Below are positions 1-10,068 of a DNA stretch of 32,000 bases, piece after piece. A program made the position numbers and the translations under genes. Numbering within the stretch: the stretch's first letter is position 1; each line of letters begins with the position of its first letter. The notes under the pieces were generated by a model. That model saw nothing but the letters and a program-made list of their open reading frames with translations. It did no database searches and was not told the DNA's origin. This DNA is from Acidothermus cellulolyticus 11B (GTDB lineage Bacteria > Actinomycetota > Actinomycetes > Acidothermales > Acidothermaceae). The DNA lies in assembly GCF_000015025.1 (NCBI RefSeq), contig NC_008578.1:210001-242000 (forward strand), given 5' to 3'.

Positions 1-8
1 GGACAGCT

Positions 9-1385
9 GTGACCAGCGAGTTTGTTGGGATGGCTGTTGCGTGTGTGAAAAAGCCGCTATGGTCGTGCCGACAGGGAGTGGGAGGTGCGCCGGTGCGGGC
101 TGGCCGATGGCTCACGACCGTAGGGCTGGTGGTCGCGTTCACCGTCGGAGCCACCTGCCCAGCGCTCGCCGACAAGCCGCCCATCATCCCGAGCCAGTCC
201 GAGGTGGACGCCGCCCGGGCCGCCGCACAGGCGAAGGCCGCGGCGGTCGCCCAGACCGAACAGGCGCTCGCGGATGCGAACGCGCAGCTGCAGAAACTGA
301 ACGATCAGGTTGAGACCCTGGTCGAGGCGTACAACGGTGCGATGGTCCGTCTCCAGGATGCCCAAGCCAAGGCTCGGGCCGCCGCCGCGAATCTTGCCGC
401 AGCCCGCGCCGCGCATGAGCAGGCGCAGATCGAGATGGATCAGTTCGCCGCGCTGACCTACATGGGCGCCGGCGACGTCGCCAAACTGACCGCGTTGCTC
501 TTCGCGCCTGACCCCGAGCGGTTCTTGACCAGGGCCGGGACTCTCGCCGCGATCGATCGGCACCGTCAGGGAATCATCGCGCTCACCGAGGCCACCGCTC
601 AGGCTGAAGCGAGCGCCGCAGCTGCCGCGGCACAAGCCCTGGGCCAGCAGCAGAAGGCCGCGGACGCCGCGGCCCGCGCGAAGGACGCCGCGGTCCAGGC
701 GGTGAACGCCCAGGCTGCCGAGGTCGCACAGATCACCCAGCGCAAGCAGGACCTGCAGGCTCAACTCGCCGTGTTGCAAGGGAAAGCCAAGAGTCTCGCC
801 GAAGCACGTGCCCGGGGACTCGCCGAGCTCGCCGCTCAGCGCGCGGCTGCTGCGGCCGCCGCAGCTGCAGCAGCAAAACGACGGGCCGCGGAGCAGGCGG
901 CAAGCGAATCGGGGACCGGCTCATCGGCTGGGCCGGTGGGCAATCTGCCGACCCCGGGAATGGGTCACTCGATCTCGACGCCGCAGCAGCGCGCCGGTGC
1001 GGTCGCCTTCGCCCGGTCACAGATCGGCGTCTGGTACCGATGGGCCGGCGCCGGAGAGGTGGGGCCGACCGTCACGGACCAGGGCATTCAGAACGTGCCC
1101 GGATATGACTGCTCCGGATTGGTCATGCGGGCGTACGAATCGGTCGGCATCGAGCTCGGCCACTACACCGGCTTGCAGTGGGACGAGGGGATGCATGTCT
1201 CGCAGGACCAGCTCATGCCGGGAGATCTGGTCTTCTTTGCCACCAACGTCAACGATCCCAGCACGATTCATCACGTCGGCATTTACATCGGCAACGGCCA
1301 AATGATTGATGCTCCGCAGACCGGAGAGCAGGTCGGCATCCACAATGCGTTCCGGCCGGATTACATCGGCGCGGTTCGCCCCTAG
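9..1385 (+). CDS. Secreted NlpC/P60-family peptidoglycan endopeptidase with a long N-terminal Ala/Gln-rich coiled-coil region (RipA-like architecture)
   Basis: 458-aa ORF. Signal-like segment RAGRWLTTVGLVVAFTVGATCPALA, then about 280 aa of A/Q/K/E-rich sequence including a poly-Ala run. C-terminal NlpC/P60 core has the catalytic Cys in YDCSGLV and His in IHHVGIY. The GTG start lies 9 nt from the window edge and the frame is open to the edge, so the true start is uncertain; ATG at 30 is an alternative. Confidence 0.85.
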   Translation: MTSEFVGMAVACVKKPLWSCRQGVGGAPVRAGRWLTTVGLVVAFTVGATCPALADKPPIIPSQSEVDAARAAAQAKAAAVAQTEQALADANAQLQKLNDQVETLVEAYNGAMVRLQDAQAKARAAAANLAAARAAHEQAQIEMDQFAALTYMGAGDVAKLTALLFAPDPERFLTRAGTLAAIDRHRQGIIALTEATAQAEASAAAAAAQALGQQQKAADAAARAKDAAVQAVNAQAAEVAQITQRKQDLQAQLAVLQGKAKSLAEARARGLAELAAQRAAAAAAAAAAAKRRAAEQAASESGTGSSAGPVGNLPTPGMGHSISTPQQRAGAVAFARSQIGVWYRWAGAGEVGPTVTDQGIQNVPGYDCSGLVMRAYESVGIELGHYTGLQWDEGMHVSQDQLMPGDLVFFATNVNDPSTIHHVGIYIGNGQMIDAPQTGEQVGIHNAFRPDYIGAVRP

Positions 1386-1441
1386 CAGGACGCCGCACCG
1401 CACAGCAATCGGGCATCCGGTCGTGCGGCCGCAGCGGGTGG

Positions 1442-1468
1442 GCGCGGGGGAGACGACGATCCCCGCGC
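1442..1468. terminator. GC-rich hairpin in the convergent gap between the NlpC/P60 gene and ppa (possible bidirectional terminator without a U-tract)
   Basis: GCGCGGGG (1442-1449) pairs perfectly with CCCCGCGC (1461-1468) around an 11-nt loop. It sits 57 nt after the + strand stop and 36 nt after the - strand stop. There is no T-tract on either side, so function is inferred only. Confidence 0.3.
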
Positions 1469-1503
1469 GGGCCGCGACGTCATTACCGTGGCGCGTGAGT
1501 GCG

Positions 1504-1989
1504 CTATGCGCCGGCGGCAAGCCGCTCCCGGGAGCGCCGGATTTCTTCCTCTGCTTCGGCGCGTCCCGCCCAGGTGGCGCCTTCGACGGATTTCCCAGGC
1601 TCAAGGTCTTTGTACACCTCAAAGAAATGCTGAATTTCCAATCGATCCCAGGCGGGAATGTCTTCCAGCTCCCGGATGTGGCTCACCCGCGGATCCCGCG
1701 CCGGCACGCACAGGATTTTGTCGTCGCCGCCCTTCTCGTCGGTCATCCGGAACATGCCGATGGCCCGGCACAGAATGAGGCACCCCGGGAAGGTCGGTTC
1801 CTCAACCATGACCAGCGCGTCCAGCGGATCGCCGTCCGCGCCTAGGGTGCCTTCGATGAAGCCATAGTCGGTCGGATAGCGGGTCGCGGTGAAGAGCATC
1901 CGATCCAACCGGACCCGGCCGGTGGCGTGGTCGTATTCGTACTTGTTCCGCTGTCCTTTAGGGATTTCGATCGTGACGTCGAATTCCAT
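1504..1989 (-). CDS. ppa: Inorganic pyrophosphatase (family I)
   Basis: 161-aa [46 protein letters not shown] and [10 protein letters not shown] are typical soluble PPase signatures. Size and position next to dacB match the mycobacterial arrangement. Confidence 0.95.
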   Translation of the reverse strand: MEFDVTIEIPKGQRNKYEYDHATGRVRLDRMLFTATRYPTDYGFIEGTLGADGDPLDALVMVEEPTFPGCLILCRAIGMFRMTDEKGGDDKILCVPARDPRVSHIRELEDIPAWDRLEIQHFFEVYKDLEPGKSVEGATWAGRAEAEEEIRRSRERLAAGA

Positions 1990-2191
1990 GCCGGTCCTCC
2001 CTTGTCACGCCAGCACGACCCGCTGATGGCGGCGCTGTCGAGCCGCGCGGCTTCCGGGCGCAGCGCACGTCGTCACCGTCGCGCCGCTCGTCTCACCCCG
2101 CGCGACGCCCAGGTCGTCGCCGCCGGAATCCGCGGTCTCGCCCCGCGCCGCTAGTCTCGCCGATGAACAGTGAGCGCTGTGAAGGGGTGGC

Positions 2192-3682
2192 ATGGCGGCG
2201 GGGCGACGACGGCGGGCGCAGCGGCGCCGGTACGGCATTCCCACGGTCGCCGTTCTCTTAGCCGGTGCCGCTGGGTTGTTCTGGCTCACCAGCCACCGGT
2301 CGACACCGGCCGATACCGCACCACCGCCGGCAAGCCCTCCGCCGGTGTCGAACGCCGCCCCGACGGACAGTCCAGCCGCGACCACCGCGCAGCCGCCGGA
2401 ACCGGTCCGCAGTTCAGGGAACGAGCTGCCGCGCGACGCGCCGATTCCCGATCCCTCCGCCCTCCGCGCGCATCTCGCGGCGGCACTGGGTGTCCTTGCC
2501 GGGGACGACGCTGCGCTGGTGGTGACCGATCCGGCTACCGGCCGGGTGTTGTTGGACGACGGAGGCAACCGCCGGATGCCGCCGGCGTCCACACTGAAGA
2601 TTGCAACAGCGGTGGCCGCGCTGGCCGCGCTGGACCCGCAGACCCGATTCGCCACCTCCGTGGTGCTGCACGGCGATCGCGTCGTCCTCGTCGGCGGGGG
2701 TGATCCGACCCTGGCTGCCCCCGCTCCTGCGGCGGGAGGCTCGTCGTCGGGCCCGCCAATGCCAAGCCAACGGCTGGGCTCATCCCTCAGGCCGGCGCAG
2801 CTCGCTGATCTGGCCGACCGGACGGCGTCCGAGCTGCGTGCGCTCGGACGGCAGCGGGTCAGTCTCGGGTACGACGCGTCACTCTTCGTCGGCCCCGCTA
2901 CCGCGGCCGGATGGCAGTCGAGTTACATCGCTGAGGGTGACGTCGCTCCGGTAAGCGCCCTGGAGGTCAACGAGGGCCGGGTTGATCCGGCGCGCGACGC
3001 CCGGTCCCCCGCTCCCGGCGCCAGCGCCGCGGCGAGCTTCGCCCGGCTGCTCGCCGCCGCGGGGATCGTCGTCGAGGGCGCACCCGTCGTGACCGCCGCG
3101 GCGCCGGCTGACCGCGTGCTGGCCGTCGTCCAATCGCCCACTCTTGCCGACCTGGTGCGCCAGATGCTCACCGTGAGCGATAACGACCTCGCCGAGGCGA
3201 TCGCTCGGCAGGTGGCGATCGCCCGGGGATTGCCGGCGAGTTTCGCCGGCGCGACTCAGGCGATCCGTGACACCCTGAACGACCTCGGCATCGACACCAG
3301 CGGCCTGACGATTTCGGATGCGAGCGGGCTTTCGACCCTCGACCGCCTGCAACCTCGGATGCTGACCGCCCTCCTGCGCCTCGTCCTCACGAATGATCGA
3401 TTCTCCGCGGTTCGTGAGGGGCTGCCGGTCGCCGGCCTCACCGGGACGCTGGCCTCACGCTTCACCGCTCCCGCCGCCGCACCCGGGGTCGGTGTCGTCC
3501 ACGCCAAGACGGGCACGCTCGCCACCGTCGTCACCCTCGCCGGTTACACGACGGACTACGACGGGCGTGTGCTCGCGTTCGCCGTGCTTGCCGATGCGGT
3601 TCCGCGGAGCCAGATTCGGGCCGCGGAGTCCGCGGTCGATGCGCTGGTCGGCGCCCTGGTGACCTGCGGCTGTGCCCGCTGA
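2192..3682 (+). CDS. dacB: D-alanyl-D-alanine carboxypeptidase/endopeptidase (PBP4, peptidase S13 family)
   Basis: 496-aa ORF with Arg-rich N-terminus plus TM anchor (IPTVAVLLAGAAGLFWL). All three penicillin-binding motifs are present: STLK (SxxK), SDN (SxN) and KTGT. GAAGGGG lies 6 nt upstream of the ATG. Confidence 0.9.
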   Translation: MAAGRRRRAQRRRYGIPTVAVLLAGAAGLFWLTSHRSTPADTAPPPASPPPVSNAAPTDSPAATTAQPPEPVRSSGNELPRDAPIPDPSALRAHLAAALGVLAGDDAALVVTDPATGRVLLDDGGNRRMPPASTLKIATAVAALAALDPQTRFATSVVLHGDRVVLVGGGDPTLAAPAPAAGGSSSGPPMPSQRLGSSLRPAQLADLADRTASELRALGRQRVSLGYDASLFVGPATAAGWQSSYIAEGDVAPVSALEVNEGRVDPARDARSPAPGASAAASFARLLAAAGIVVEGAPVVTAAAPADRVLAVVQSPTLADLVRQMLTVSDNDLAEAIARQVAIARGLPASFAGATQAIRDTLNDLGIDTSGLTISDASGLSTLDRLQPRMLTALLRLVLTNDRFSAVREGLPVAGLTGTLASRFTAPAAAPGVGVVHAKTGTLATVVTLAGYTTDYDGRVLAFAVLADAVPRSQIRAAESAVDALVGALVTCGCAR

Positions 3683-3707
3683 CGGAGTCGCTGTGCCGGC
3701 CGGGTCA

Positions 3708-3791
3708 CGGATGACCGGCGCCGCTGCACTGGTCGGGCGACGGATGACCGGCGTCGCTGCACTGGGGTTGCCCGCCCGAGCCGATGACCGG
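3708..3791. repeat. 33-bp-period tandem direct repeat (2 near-identical copies plus a partial third) between dacB and the metalloprotease gene
   Basis: CGGATGACCGGCGCCGCTGCACTGG (3708-3732) and CGGATGACCGGCGTCGCTGCACTGG (3741-3765) differ at 1 of 25 positions. A partial CCGATGACCGG at 3781-3791 contains the ATG at 3784. Confidence 0.8.
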
Positions 3792-4932
3792 ACGGGCGGT
3801 CCGCGTCCGTCGGCCGTACGGTGGAGCCATGGCCGACGCCCCCGCCCTCATCGACTGGAACGTAGCAACCGCAACCGCCGTCCGGCTGGCGCCGAAAGGG
3901 CCCGCCGTCACCCGGAGTGAGGCATTTGCCGCGGTGCGGCAAATGCGGGACCTCGCAGCGGAGGCGACGCAGCACGTCACTGCGGTCACCGACCTGCGTA
4001 TTCCCGATGGCCAACCGCCGGCCCGGATCGTGGACCGCACCGGGTGGATTCGCGGAAATGTCGGCGGCTTTCGGGTGGCCCTCCGTCCGCTGCTGGAGAA
4101 ATTAGCAGCGCGGTCGGAGAATTTTCCCGGCGCGCCGCTGCTCCGCGGCGTCGCGGGAAAAATAGCCGGAGCGGAATTGGGCGTCGTCCTCGCGTATCTG
4201 TCCGGGAAAGTATTGGGCCAGTATGAAATTTTTCTGCCGCCGGACAACGGGAACCCCCCGCCCGGCCGATTGAGCCTCGTCGCGCCGAACATTGTCGCCG
4301 TCGAGCAGGAACTTGGCGTGGTGCCGCGGGATTTTCGGCTCTGGGTGGCCGTGCACGAGGCGACGCACCGGGCGCAGTTCACTGCTGTGCCGTGGCTGAG
4401 GAGCCATGTGCAAGACGAAGTCGCCGCGTTTCTGGCGGAAAGCGATCTCGATGCACGGGCTTTTGTCACTCGGCTGCGGGCGGTGGCCGAGCACGTGCGG
4501 CAACGCACACGCACCGGCGACGCAACCGATTTCCCGTTGGGCCTCTTCGAAGCCGTGCAGACGCCGCGGCAGCGCGAGATCCTGCACCGGCTCACCGCGT
4601 TGATGACCCTGCTGGAAGGCCACGGGGAGTACGTCATGAATGCGGTCGGCACGGACGTGATACCGACGCTCTCCGACATTCGCGAGAAATTCGCCGCCCG
4701 TCGGCAGGGCCGCAACGCCGCGGACCGTTTCCTGCGCCGGCTCTTCGGGCTGGACATCAAAGCACGCCAGTACGCCGAAGGGGCGCGTTTCGTGGAGACG
4801 GTGGTGGGAGCGGCCGGCATGGCGGGGTTCAACCGGGTGTGGACGTCGCCCAATACGCTGCCAACCAAGGCGGAAATCGCCGAACCTCGGCGGTGGATGG
4901 CCCGCGTGCTGCACACCGACGTCACGCCCTAG
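3784..4932 (+). CDS. Zinc-dependent metalloprotease, DUF2342/zincin-like family (conserved actinobacterial protein upstream of tilS)
   Basis: 382-aa ORF with HExxH motif (VAVHEATHRAQF). Its conserved position between dacB and tilS supports the call. The start is ambiguous: ATG 3784 lies inside the repeat, and ATG 3829 (MADAPALIDW) is preceded by GGTGGAG. Confidence 0.8.
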   Translation: MTGRAVRVRRPYGGAMADAPALIDWNVATATAVRLAPKGPAVTRSEAFAAVRQMRDLAAEATQHVTAVTDLRIPDGQPPARIVDRTGWIRGNVGGFRVALRPLLEKLAARSENFPGAPLLRGVAGKIAGAELGVVLAYLSGKVLGQYEIFLPPDNGNPPPGRLSLVAPNIVAVEQELGVVPRDFRLWVAVHEATHRAQFTAVPWLRSHVQDEVAAFLAESDLDARAFVTRLRAVAEHVRQRTRTGDATDFPLGLFEAVQTPRQREILHRLTALMTLLEGHGEYVMNAVGTDVIPTLSDIREKFAARRQGRNAADRFLRRLFGLDIKARQYAEGARFVETVVGAAGMAGFNRVWTSPNTLPTKAEIAEPRRWMARVLHTDVTP

Positions 4933-5053
4933 CCGGGAGCAGCCGCGCGGAGCCGGGAGCAGACAGGGGCCGGCGATCCCGTGAGCGGACGGGAAACGGC
5001 TCTGGCCGCGCGGCGCGGTCCCGGGCGTCATCAGTTGTGCGACGCTCACTTGT

Positions 5054-6265
5054 GTGACGACGCCTCCCGTGACGGCGGCTCCGGCAGGCCGCCGGCCCCG
5101 GCTGTCGCCGGCGATTGCCGCGGTGCGCCACGCGGTCCGCACCTGCCTTGCGGACCTACCCGCTGGTGCGCTCGTCCTTGCCGCCTGCAGCGGCGGTCCG
5201 GATTCGCTGGCGTTAGCGGCCGCACTTGCGTTCGAGGCGCCGCGGCGTCGTCCCGCGCTGCGGGCGGGGGCGGTCACGATTGATCATCAGCTGCAGCCGG
5301 GCTCGGCTGAGCGGGCCCGGCAGCTCGCCCGGTTCCTCGGCGAGCTCGGCCTTGATCCGGTTGAGATCCGCGCCGTCCAGGTCGGTCGTGACGGGGGGCC
5401 GGAGGCTGCCGCCCGGGCCGCCCGTTACGCGGCGCTCGACGAGGTGGCCGCGCAGTGCGGTGCGGCGGCGGTGCTGCTCGCGCACACCCTCGATGACCAA
5501 GCCGAAACCGTCCTGCTCGGGCTCACCCGCGGGTCGGGTCTCCGGTCGATCGCCGGCATGCCGGAGCGGTTTGGTCCTGCCGACCGGTATCGCCGTCCGC
5601 TGCTGGGCATTCCGCGGTCAGTGACGCGGCGAGCCTGCCGGGATGCCGGGCTGCCGTTCTGGGACGACCCGCAGAACCACGACCCTGCCTTCACCCGTTC
5701 CCGGTTGCGGCACCGGGTGCTGCCCGTCCTGCGGGCTGAACTTGGCCCGCAGGTGGTGGCTGCGCTTGCCCGAACGGCAGCCCTTGCCCGCGCGGACGCC
5801 GACGCCCTCGACGCGTGGGCTGCGCGGGTCTACGCCCGTGCGGTGACCCTCCCGGTTGGGCCGGGTGATCACTCTGCGGACGACACAGGTCCGGGCGTCC
5901 TGTCGCCGGACGCCGGCGGCACGGTTCCAGCCGGCGAGGCGGACGCCGGCGGTCGGCCGCTCGCCTCTCCGGACCCGGCGGGAGGCGGTCCTTCGTCTGG
6001 CGTTCCTCCGTCCGGCATTGCCGCCGCCTTGGATGTCGCCGCGCTCGCCGCTGAGCCGCCGGCGATTCGGCTCCGCGTGATCCACCGGATGCTCCGCGCC
6101 GCCGGCGCACCGGCCGGACAGCTGGCGGCAGTCCACGTCAGACACGTCGAACAACTGATCAGCAACTGGCACGGCCAAGGGCCGGTGACGCTCCCCGGTG
6201 CCTTGGTAGCCTCGCGGCGAGGCGGTGTCCTCCAGGTGCGCCGGGAGCGGACCGGTTCGCGATGA
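5054..6265 (+). CDS. tilS: tRNA(Ile)-lysidine synthase
   Basis: 403-aa ORF with PP-loop ATPase motif SGGPDS in [16 protein letters not shown], followed by [13 protein letters not shown]. It carries an internal Pro/Gly/Asp-rich low-complexity insert of about 60 aa. It precedes hpt-ftsH as in most bacteria. Confidence 0.9.
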   Translation: MTTPPVTAAPAGRRPRLSPAIAAVRHAVRTCLADLPAGALVLAACSGGPDSLALAAALAFEAPRRRPALRAGAVTIDHQLQPGSAERARQLARFLGELGLDPVEIRAVQVGRDGGPEAAARAARYAALDEVAAQCGAAAVLLAHTLDDQAETVLLGLTRGSGLRSIAGMPERFGPADRYRRPLLGIPRSVTRRACRDAGLPFWDDPQNHDPAFTRSRLRHRVLPVLRAELGPQVVAALARTAALARADADALDAWAARVYARAVTLPVGPGDHSADDTGPGVLSPDAGGTVPAGEADAGGRPLASPDPAGGGPSSGVPPSGIAAALDVAALAAEPPAIRLRVIHRMLRAAGAPAGQLAAVHVRHVEQLISNWHGQGPVTLPGALVASRRGGVLQVRRERTGSR

Positions 6266-6379
6266 CCGAGAGGTGCCGGTGCCCAGAGGGAGGTTCCGCC
6301 GTGAGCGGCGGGCGGCCTGCTCCCCGCGGACGAGGCGGGCTGCGCAGCGGCGGCCGACAGGCGTGGATGGATAGGGGCG

Positions 6380-6934
6380 ATGGACGAGAATGATCTCGGG
6401 ACGAAGCTGGACCGCATCGTCTTGACCGAGAAAGAGATTCGTGACCGTATCCACGAGCTCGCCGCCGAGATCGACCGCGATTACGCCGATCGTGATCTGC
6501 TTCTGGTTGGCGTCCTCAAGGGTGCCGTCATGGTGATGGCTGACCTGTCCCGCGCTTTGCACGTGCCGGTGACCGTGGACTTCATGGCGGTGTCGTCGTA
6601 CGGCTCGGGACGCCGCTCCTCCGGCGTCGTACGGATCTTGAAGGATCTCGACGAGAGCATTGAGGGCCGCCACGTCCTCGTGGTCGAGGACATCATCGAC
6701 TCCGGCCTCACCCTCTCGTGGCTGGTTGCGAACCTGCGCTCGCGCGGCCCGGCGTCCGTCGAGGTCTTCGCGCTGATGCGCAAGCCCGATGCCCTGGTCG
6801 CTGACGTCGACGTCCGGTACGTCGGCTTCGACCTGCCCCGGGAGTTCGTCGTCGGCTATGGACTGGATTACGCGGAGCGGTACCGGAATCTGCCGTTCGT
6901 CGCGACCCTGACGTCCGAGGCGTACGACGGGTGA
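6380..6934 (+). CDS. hpt: Hypoxanthine-guanine phosphoribosyltransferase
   Basis: 184-aa ORF with PRPP-binding motif [15 protein letters not shown] and the conserved LLVGVLKGA and GYGLDY segments. Confidence 0.95.
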   Translation: MDENDLGTKLDRIVLTEKEIRDRIHELAAEIDRDYADRDLLLVGVLKGAVMVMADLSRALHVPVTVDFMAVSSYGSGRRSSGVVRILKDLDESIEGRHVLVVEDIIDSGLTLSWLVANLRSRGPASVEVFALMRKPDALVADVDVRYVGFDLPREFVVGYGLDYAERYRNLPFVATLTSEAYDG

Positions 6935-7293
6935 GCGTGCCGGGCCGGAAGACCCGGGCATCCGGCCCGTCGTGCGTCGTCCGCACACTGCCCGGCTCGT
7001 GCCACACTGGTTACGCCGAACGGATGCGCCAGTGGTCCGAGCGGTCCGCAGCCGGGCTGGCGGACCACGCTGGATCAGGAGAGACCGGACGGATCCGTCG
7101 GAGCGGGGAGCAGGACAGATCCATAGGAACGTTTCGACGGGTTTCTTGGTTGACGATGTGTATCCCGTACCGTCGAAGGAGAACGCGACGGCAGCACCGC
7201 CAGCGTGTGAAGCTGTGCGATGCCGTGTAGCGTCAACATGCAGGAAAAGATCGAGCGAGGTAGGAGGGACGGGGCGTCGGCCGCTCCGGATCC

Positions 7294-9303
7294 ATGAACG
7301 TCAAGAGGCTTGCACGCGGACCCCTCTTCTGGGTTGTCGTGATCATACTGCTGCTCGTGCTGTTCCGCGGCCTGTGGAGCGGCGGCAGCGACTACAAGTC
7401 GGTGGACACCTCCCAGGTGGTCGCCGCCGTCGACACCGGTCAGATCACAAATGCGATCGTCCACGACAAAGAGCAGACCATCCAGGTCACGCTGAAGGAT
7501 GGCTCCAAGCTGCAGGCGTCTTTTGCGACTGATCAAGAGGCCGCGCTCGTCAGCCAATTGCAGAAGCTTGTCGACCAAGGGAAGCTGCCGGCCGACGGCG
7601 GATACACCGTCAAGGTCAGCCACGGCAACATCTTCCTGGAGATCCTCCTCAACGCCCTGCCGATTCTGCTGCTTGTCGGCCTCATGGTCTTCATGCTGTC
7701 GCAGATGCAAGGCGGCGGTTCCCGGGTGATGAATTTCGGCAAGTCGCGGGCCAAGCTCATCACGAAGGACACCCCGAAGACGACCTTCGCGGACGTCGCC
7801 GGCGCGGATGAGGCCATCGAAGAACTCATGGAAATCAAAGAGTTCCTCGAGAATCCAGCGAAATTCCAGGCGATCGGCGCGAAGATTCCGAAGGGTGTCT
7901 TGCTGTACGGCCCGCCTGGTACCGGGAAGACCCTTCTCGCCCGGGCGGTTGCCGGTGAGGCCGGCGTCCCCTTCTACTCGATTTCCGGGTCTGACTTCGT
8001 TGAAATGTTCGTCGGAGTCGGAGCGTCACGGGTCCGGGACCTCTTCCAGCAGGCCAAGGAGAACGCGCCCGCGATTGTCTTCATCGACGAAATTGACGCG
8101 GTCGGGCGCCACCGCGGCGCCGGTCTCGGCGGTGGGCATGACGAACGCGAACAGACACTGAATCAGCTTCTGGTCGAGATGGACGGATTCGACGTCAAGG
8201 GCGGGGTCATTCTGATCGCCGCGACGAACCGCCCGGACATCCTCGACCCGGCCCTCTTGCGGCCCGGCCGTTTCGACCGGCACATCGTCGTTGACCGTCC
8301 CGATTTGGAAGGCCGCAAAGGCATTCTGCGGGTGCACGCGAAGGGCAAGCCGTTCGCTCCGGACGTCGACCTGGACGTCATCGCCCGCCGCACCCCCGGC
8401 TTCACCGGAGCCGACCTGGCGAACGTCATTAACGAGGCGGCGTTGCTCACGGCGCGGGCCAATCAGAAGCAGATCACCATGGCCACGCTGGAAGAGAGCA
8501 TCGACCGCGTCATGGCCGGTCCCGAGCGCAAGAGCCGGATAATGTCCGACAAAGAAAAGAAAATCATCGCGTATCACGAGGGGGGTCACGCTCTCGTCGG
8601 CCATGCCTTGCCGAACGCCGACCCGGTGCACAAGGTCACCATTCTGCCGCGCGGCCGCGCGCTGGGTTACACCTTGGCATTGCCGACGGAGGACAAATTC
8701 CTTGTGACGCGGGCCGAACTCATGGATCAGCTCGCGATGCTCCTCGGCGGTCGGACCGCGGAAGAACTGGTTTTCCACGAACCGACGACCGGCGCCGCCA
8801 ATGACATCGAGAAAGCGACCGCCATCGCGCGGAACATGGTCACCCAGTACGGGATGAGCGAACGGCTCGGTGCGCGGAAATTCGGGCAATCCGACGGGGA
8901 GGTTTTCCTCGGCCGCGAGATGGGCCACCAGCGCGACTACTCCGAGGAGGTCGCCGCGACCATCGACGAGGAGGTACGCCGGCTCATTGAGAACGCGCAT
9001 GACGAAGCGTGGGAAATCCTCGTCGAATACCGCGACGTGCTCGACGCGCTCGTCCTCGAACTGATGGAGAAAGAGACCCTGCAGAAGGAGGAAGTGCTGC
9101 GGATTTTCGCCCCGGTGCGCAAACGTCCGGCCCGCGGCACCTACACCGGGTACGGCAAGCGCCTGCCGTCCGACAAGGCGCCGGTCCTGACACCGCGCGA
9201 ACTCGCCCTGCTGGCCGGGGAATCCGGTGACGGCGCGGGCGGCACGAACGGGAGCCGGGCCGCCAAACCGGCGTCCGGCGAGAACCAACCGTCCGGAAGC
9301 TGA
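7294..9303 (+). CDS. ftsH: ATP-dependent zinc metalloprotease FtsH
   Basis: 669-aa ORF with two TM segments, Walker A GPPGTGKT, Walker B VFIDEIDA, second region of homology [18 protein letters not shown], and zinc site HEGGH. An in-frame TAG at 7261 rules out any earlier start. Confidence 0.97.
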   Translation: MNVKRLARGPLFWVVVIILLLVLFRGLWSGGSDYKSVDTSQVVAAVDTGQITNAIVHDKEQTIQVTLKDGSKLQASFATDQEAALVSQLQKLVDQGKLPADGGYTVKVSHGNIFLEILLNALPILLLVGLMVFMLSQMQGGGSRVMNFGKSRAKLITKDTPKTTFADVAGADEAIEELMEIKEFLENPAKFQAIGAKIPKGVLLYGPPGTGKTLLARAVAGEAGVPFYSISGSDFVEMFVGVGASRVRDLFQQAKENAPAIVFIDEIDAVGRHRGAGLGGGHDEREQTLNQLLVEMDGFDVKGGVILIAATNRPDILDPALLRPGRFDRHIVVDRPDLEGRKGILRVHAKGKPFAPDVDLDVIARRTPGFTGADLANVINEAALLTARANQKQITMATLEESIDRVMAGPERKSRIMSDKEKKIIAYHEGGHALVGHALPNADPVHKVTILPRGRALGYTLALPTEDKFLVTRAELMDQLAMLLGGRTAEELVFHEPTTGAANDIEKATAIARNMVTQYGMSERLGARKFGQSDGEVFLGREMGHQRDYSEEVAATIDEEVRRLIENAHDEAWEILVEYRDVLDALVLELMEKETLQKEEVLRIFAPVRKRPARGTYTGYGKRLPSDKAPVLTPRELALLAGESGDGAGGTNGSRAAKPASGENQPSGS

Positions 9304-9305
9304 CG

Positions 9306-9908
9306 GTGACGGATATCGATCTTCGCACCGGCGAACGCGCACCCGGCGTGGATCTTGCGCGCATCGAGGACGCCGTCCGCGAAATCCTGCTGGCCATCGG
9401 GGAGGACCCGGACCGGGACGGCCTTCGTGACACCCCCGCGCGGGTCGCTCGTGCGTACGCCGAACAATTCGCCGGGTTACGACAGCGGCCGGAGGACGTG
9501 TTGAGCGTCGTCTTCGATGCCAACCATGACGAAATGGTGTTGGTGCGGGACATCGAGGTGTACAGCACCTGCGAGCACCACCTCACTCCTTTTCACGGAG
9601 TGGCGCACGTCGGCTACATCCCCAACGCCCGCGGGCAGATCACCGGGTTGTCGAAGATTGCCCGGTTGGTGGACATTTTCGCCCGCCGTCCGCAGGTGCA
9701 GGAGCGGCTCACCGTGCAGATCGCCGAGGCGATGGAAAGGATTCTCCAACCGCGCGGGGTCATCGTGGTCGTCGATTGCGAGCATCTGTGCATGTCCATG
9801 CGCGGCGTCCGGAAACCCGGGGCCCGCACGGTGACCTCCGCGGTGCGCGGTGTCTTCCGCAGCGACGAACGGACTCGTGCCGAGGCGCTTCGGCTCATCA
9901 CCGGCTGA
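9306..9908 (+). CDS. folE: GTP cyclohydrolase I
   Basis: 200-aa ORF with the conserved [13 protein letters not shown] zinc-binding segment and [15 protein letters not shown]. The GTG start is 2 nt after the ftsH stop. Confidence 0.95.
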   Translation: MTDIDLRTGERAPGVDLARIEDAVREILLAIGEDPDRDGLRDTPARVARAYAEQFAGLRQRPEDVLSVVFDANHDEMVLVRDIEVYSTCEHHLTPFHGVAHVGYIPNARGQITGLSKIARLVDIFARRPQVQERLTVQIAEAMERILQPRGVIVVVDCEHLCMSMRGVRKPGARTVTSAVRGVFRSDERTRAEALRLITG

Positions 9909-9956
9909 TTCACGCGCCGACCATGGACCGGCGATCACGTTGCCCTAGGCTGACAC

Positions 9957-9970
9957 CTGTGACCGGTCAC
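9957..9970. promoter_or_regulatory. Palindrome CTGTGACCGGTCAC (perfect 12-mer GTGACCGGTCAC) about 100 bp upstream of the MprF-C-like gene; candidate operator
   Basis: Read directly from the sequence. An almost identical site (CTGTGACCAGTCACAG) overlaps the lysS start at 20218-20233. Any protein-binding role is inferred only. Confidence 0.3.
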
Positions 9971-10068
9971 CCCAGTTTTGCGCGCGTGCGGCGCTTGCCC
10001 GCCGCCGCCAGTTCCGCCCGCGCGCCGGCCTTGCCCGCCGCCACTGGGACGCTCGCGGGCCGAGGTGC

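Noticed and set aside
7-16. CTGTGACCAG at the window start, identical to the left half of the lysS palindrome.
   Set aside because: There is no matching right arm. The identity is explained by both ORFs starting GTG-ACC-AG(C/T) (Val/Met-Thr-Ser), and TGTGAC also appears at other GTG-ACx starts (5051, 30270). I treat it as coincidence.
3672-3920. 82-aa ORF spanning the 33-bp repeats (MTGAAALVGRRMTGVAALG...).
   Set aside because: Its frame exists only because each repeat unit carries an ATG. It overlaps the metalloprotease gene out of frame and has no RBS or homology.
5849-6030. Pro/Gly/Asp/Ser-rich insert of about 60 aa inside TilS, considered as a possible inserted element or frameshift artefact.
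   Set aside because: It is in frame with both flanking TilS domains. It has the look of the low-complexity linkers common in high-GC actinobacterial proteins. It has no repeat boundaries or intein motifs.
7088-7099. Perfect 12-bp palindrome GACGGATCCGTC in the hpt-ftsH spacer.
   Set aside because: About eight such palindromes are expected by chance in 32 kb. It has no second copy and no positional argument.
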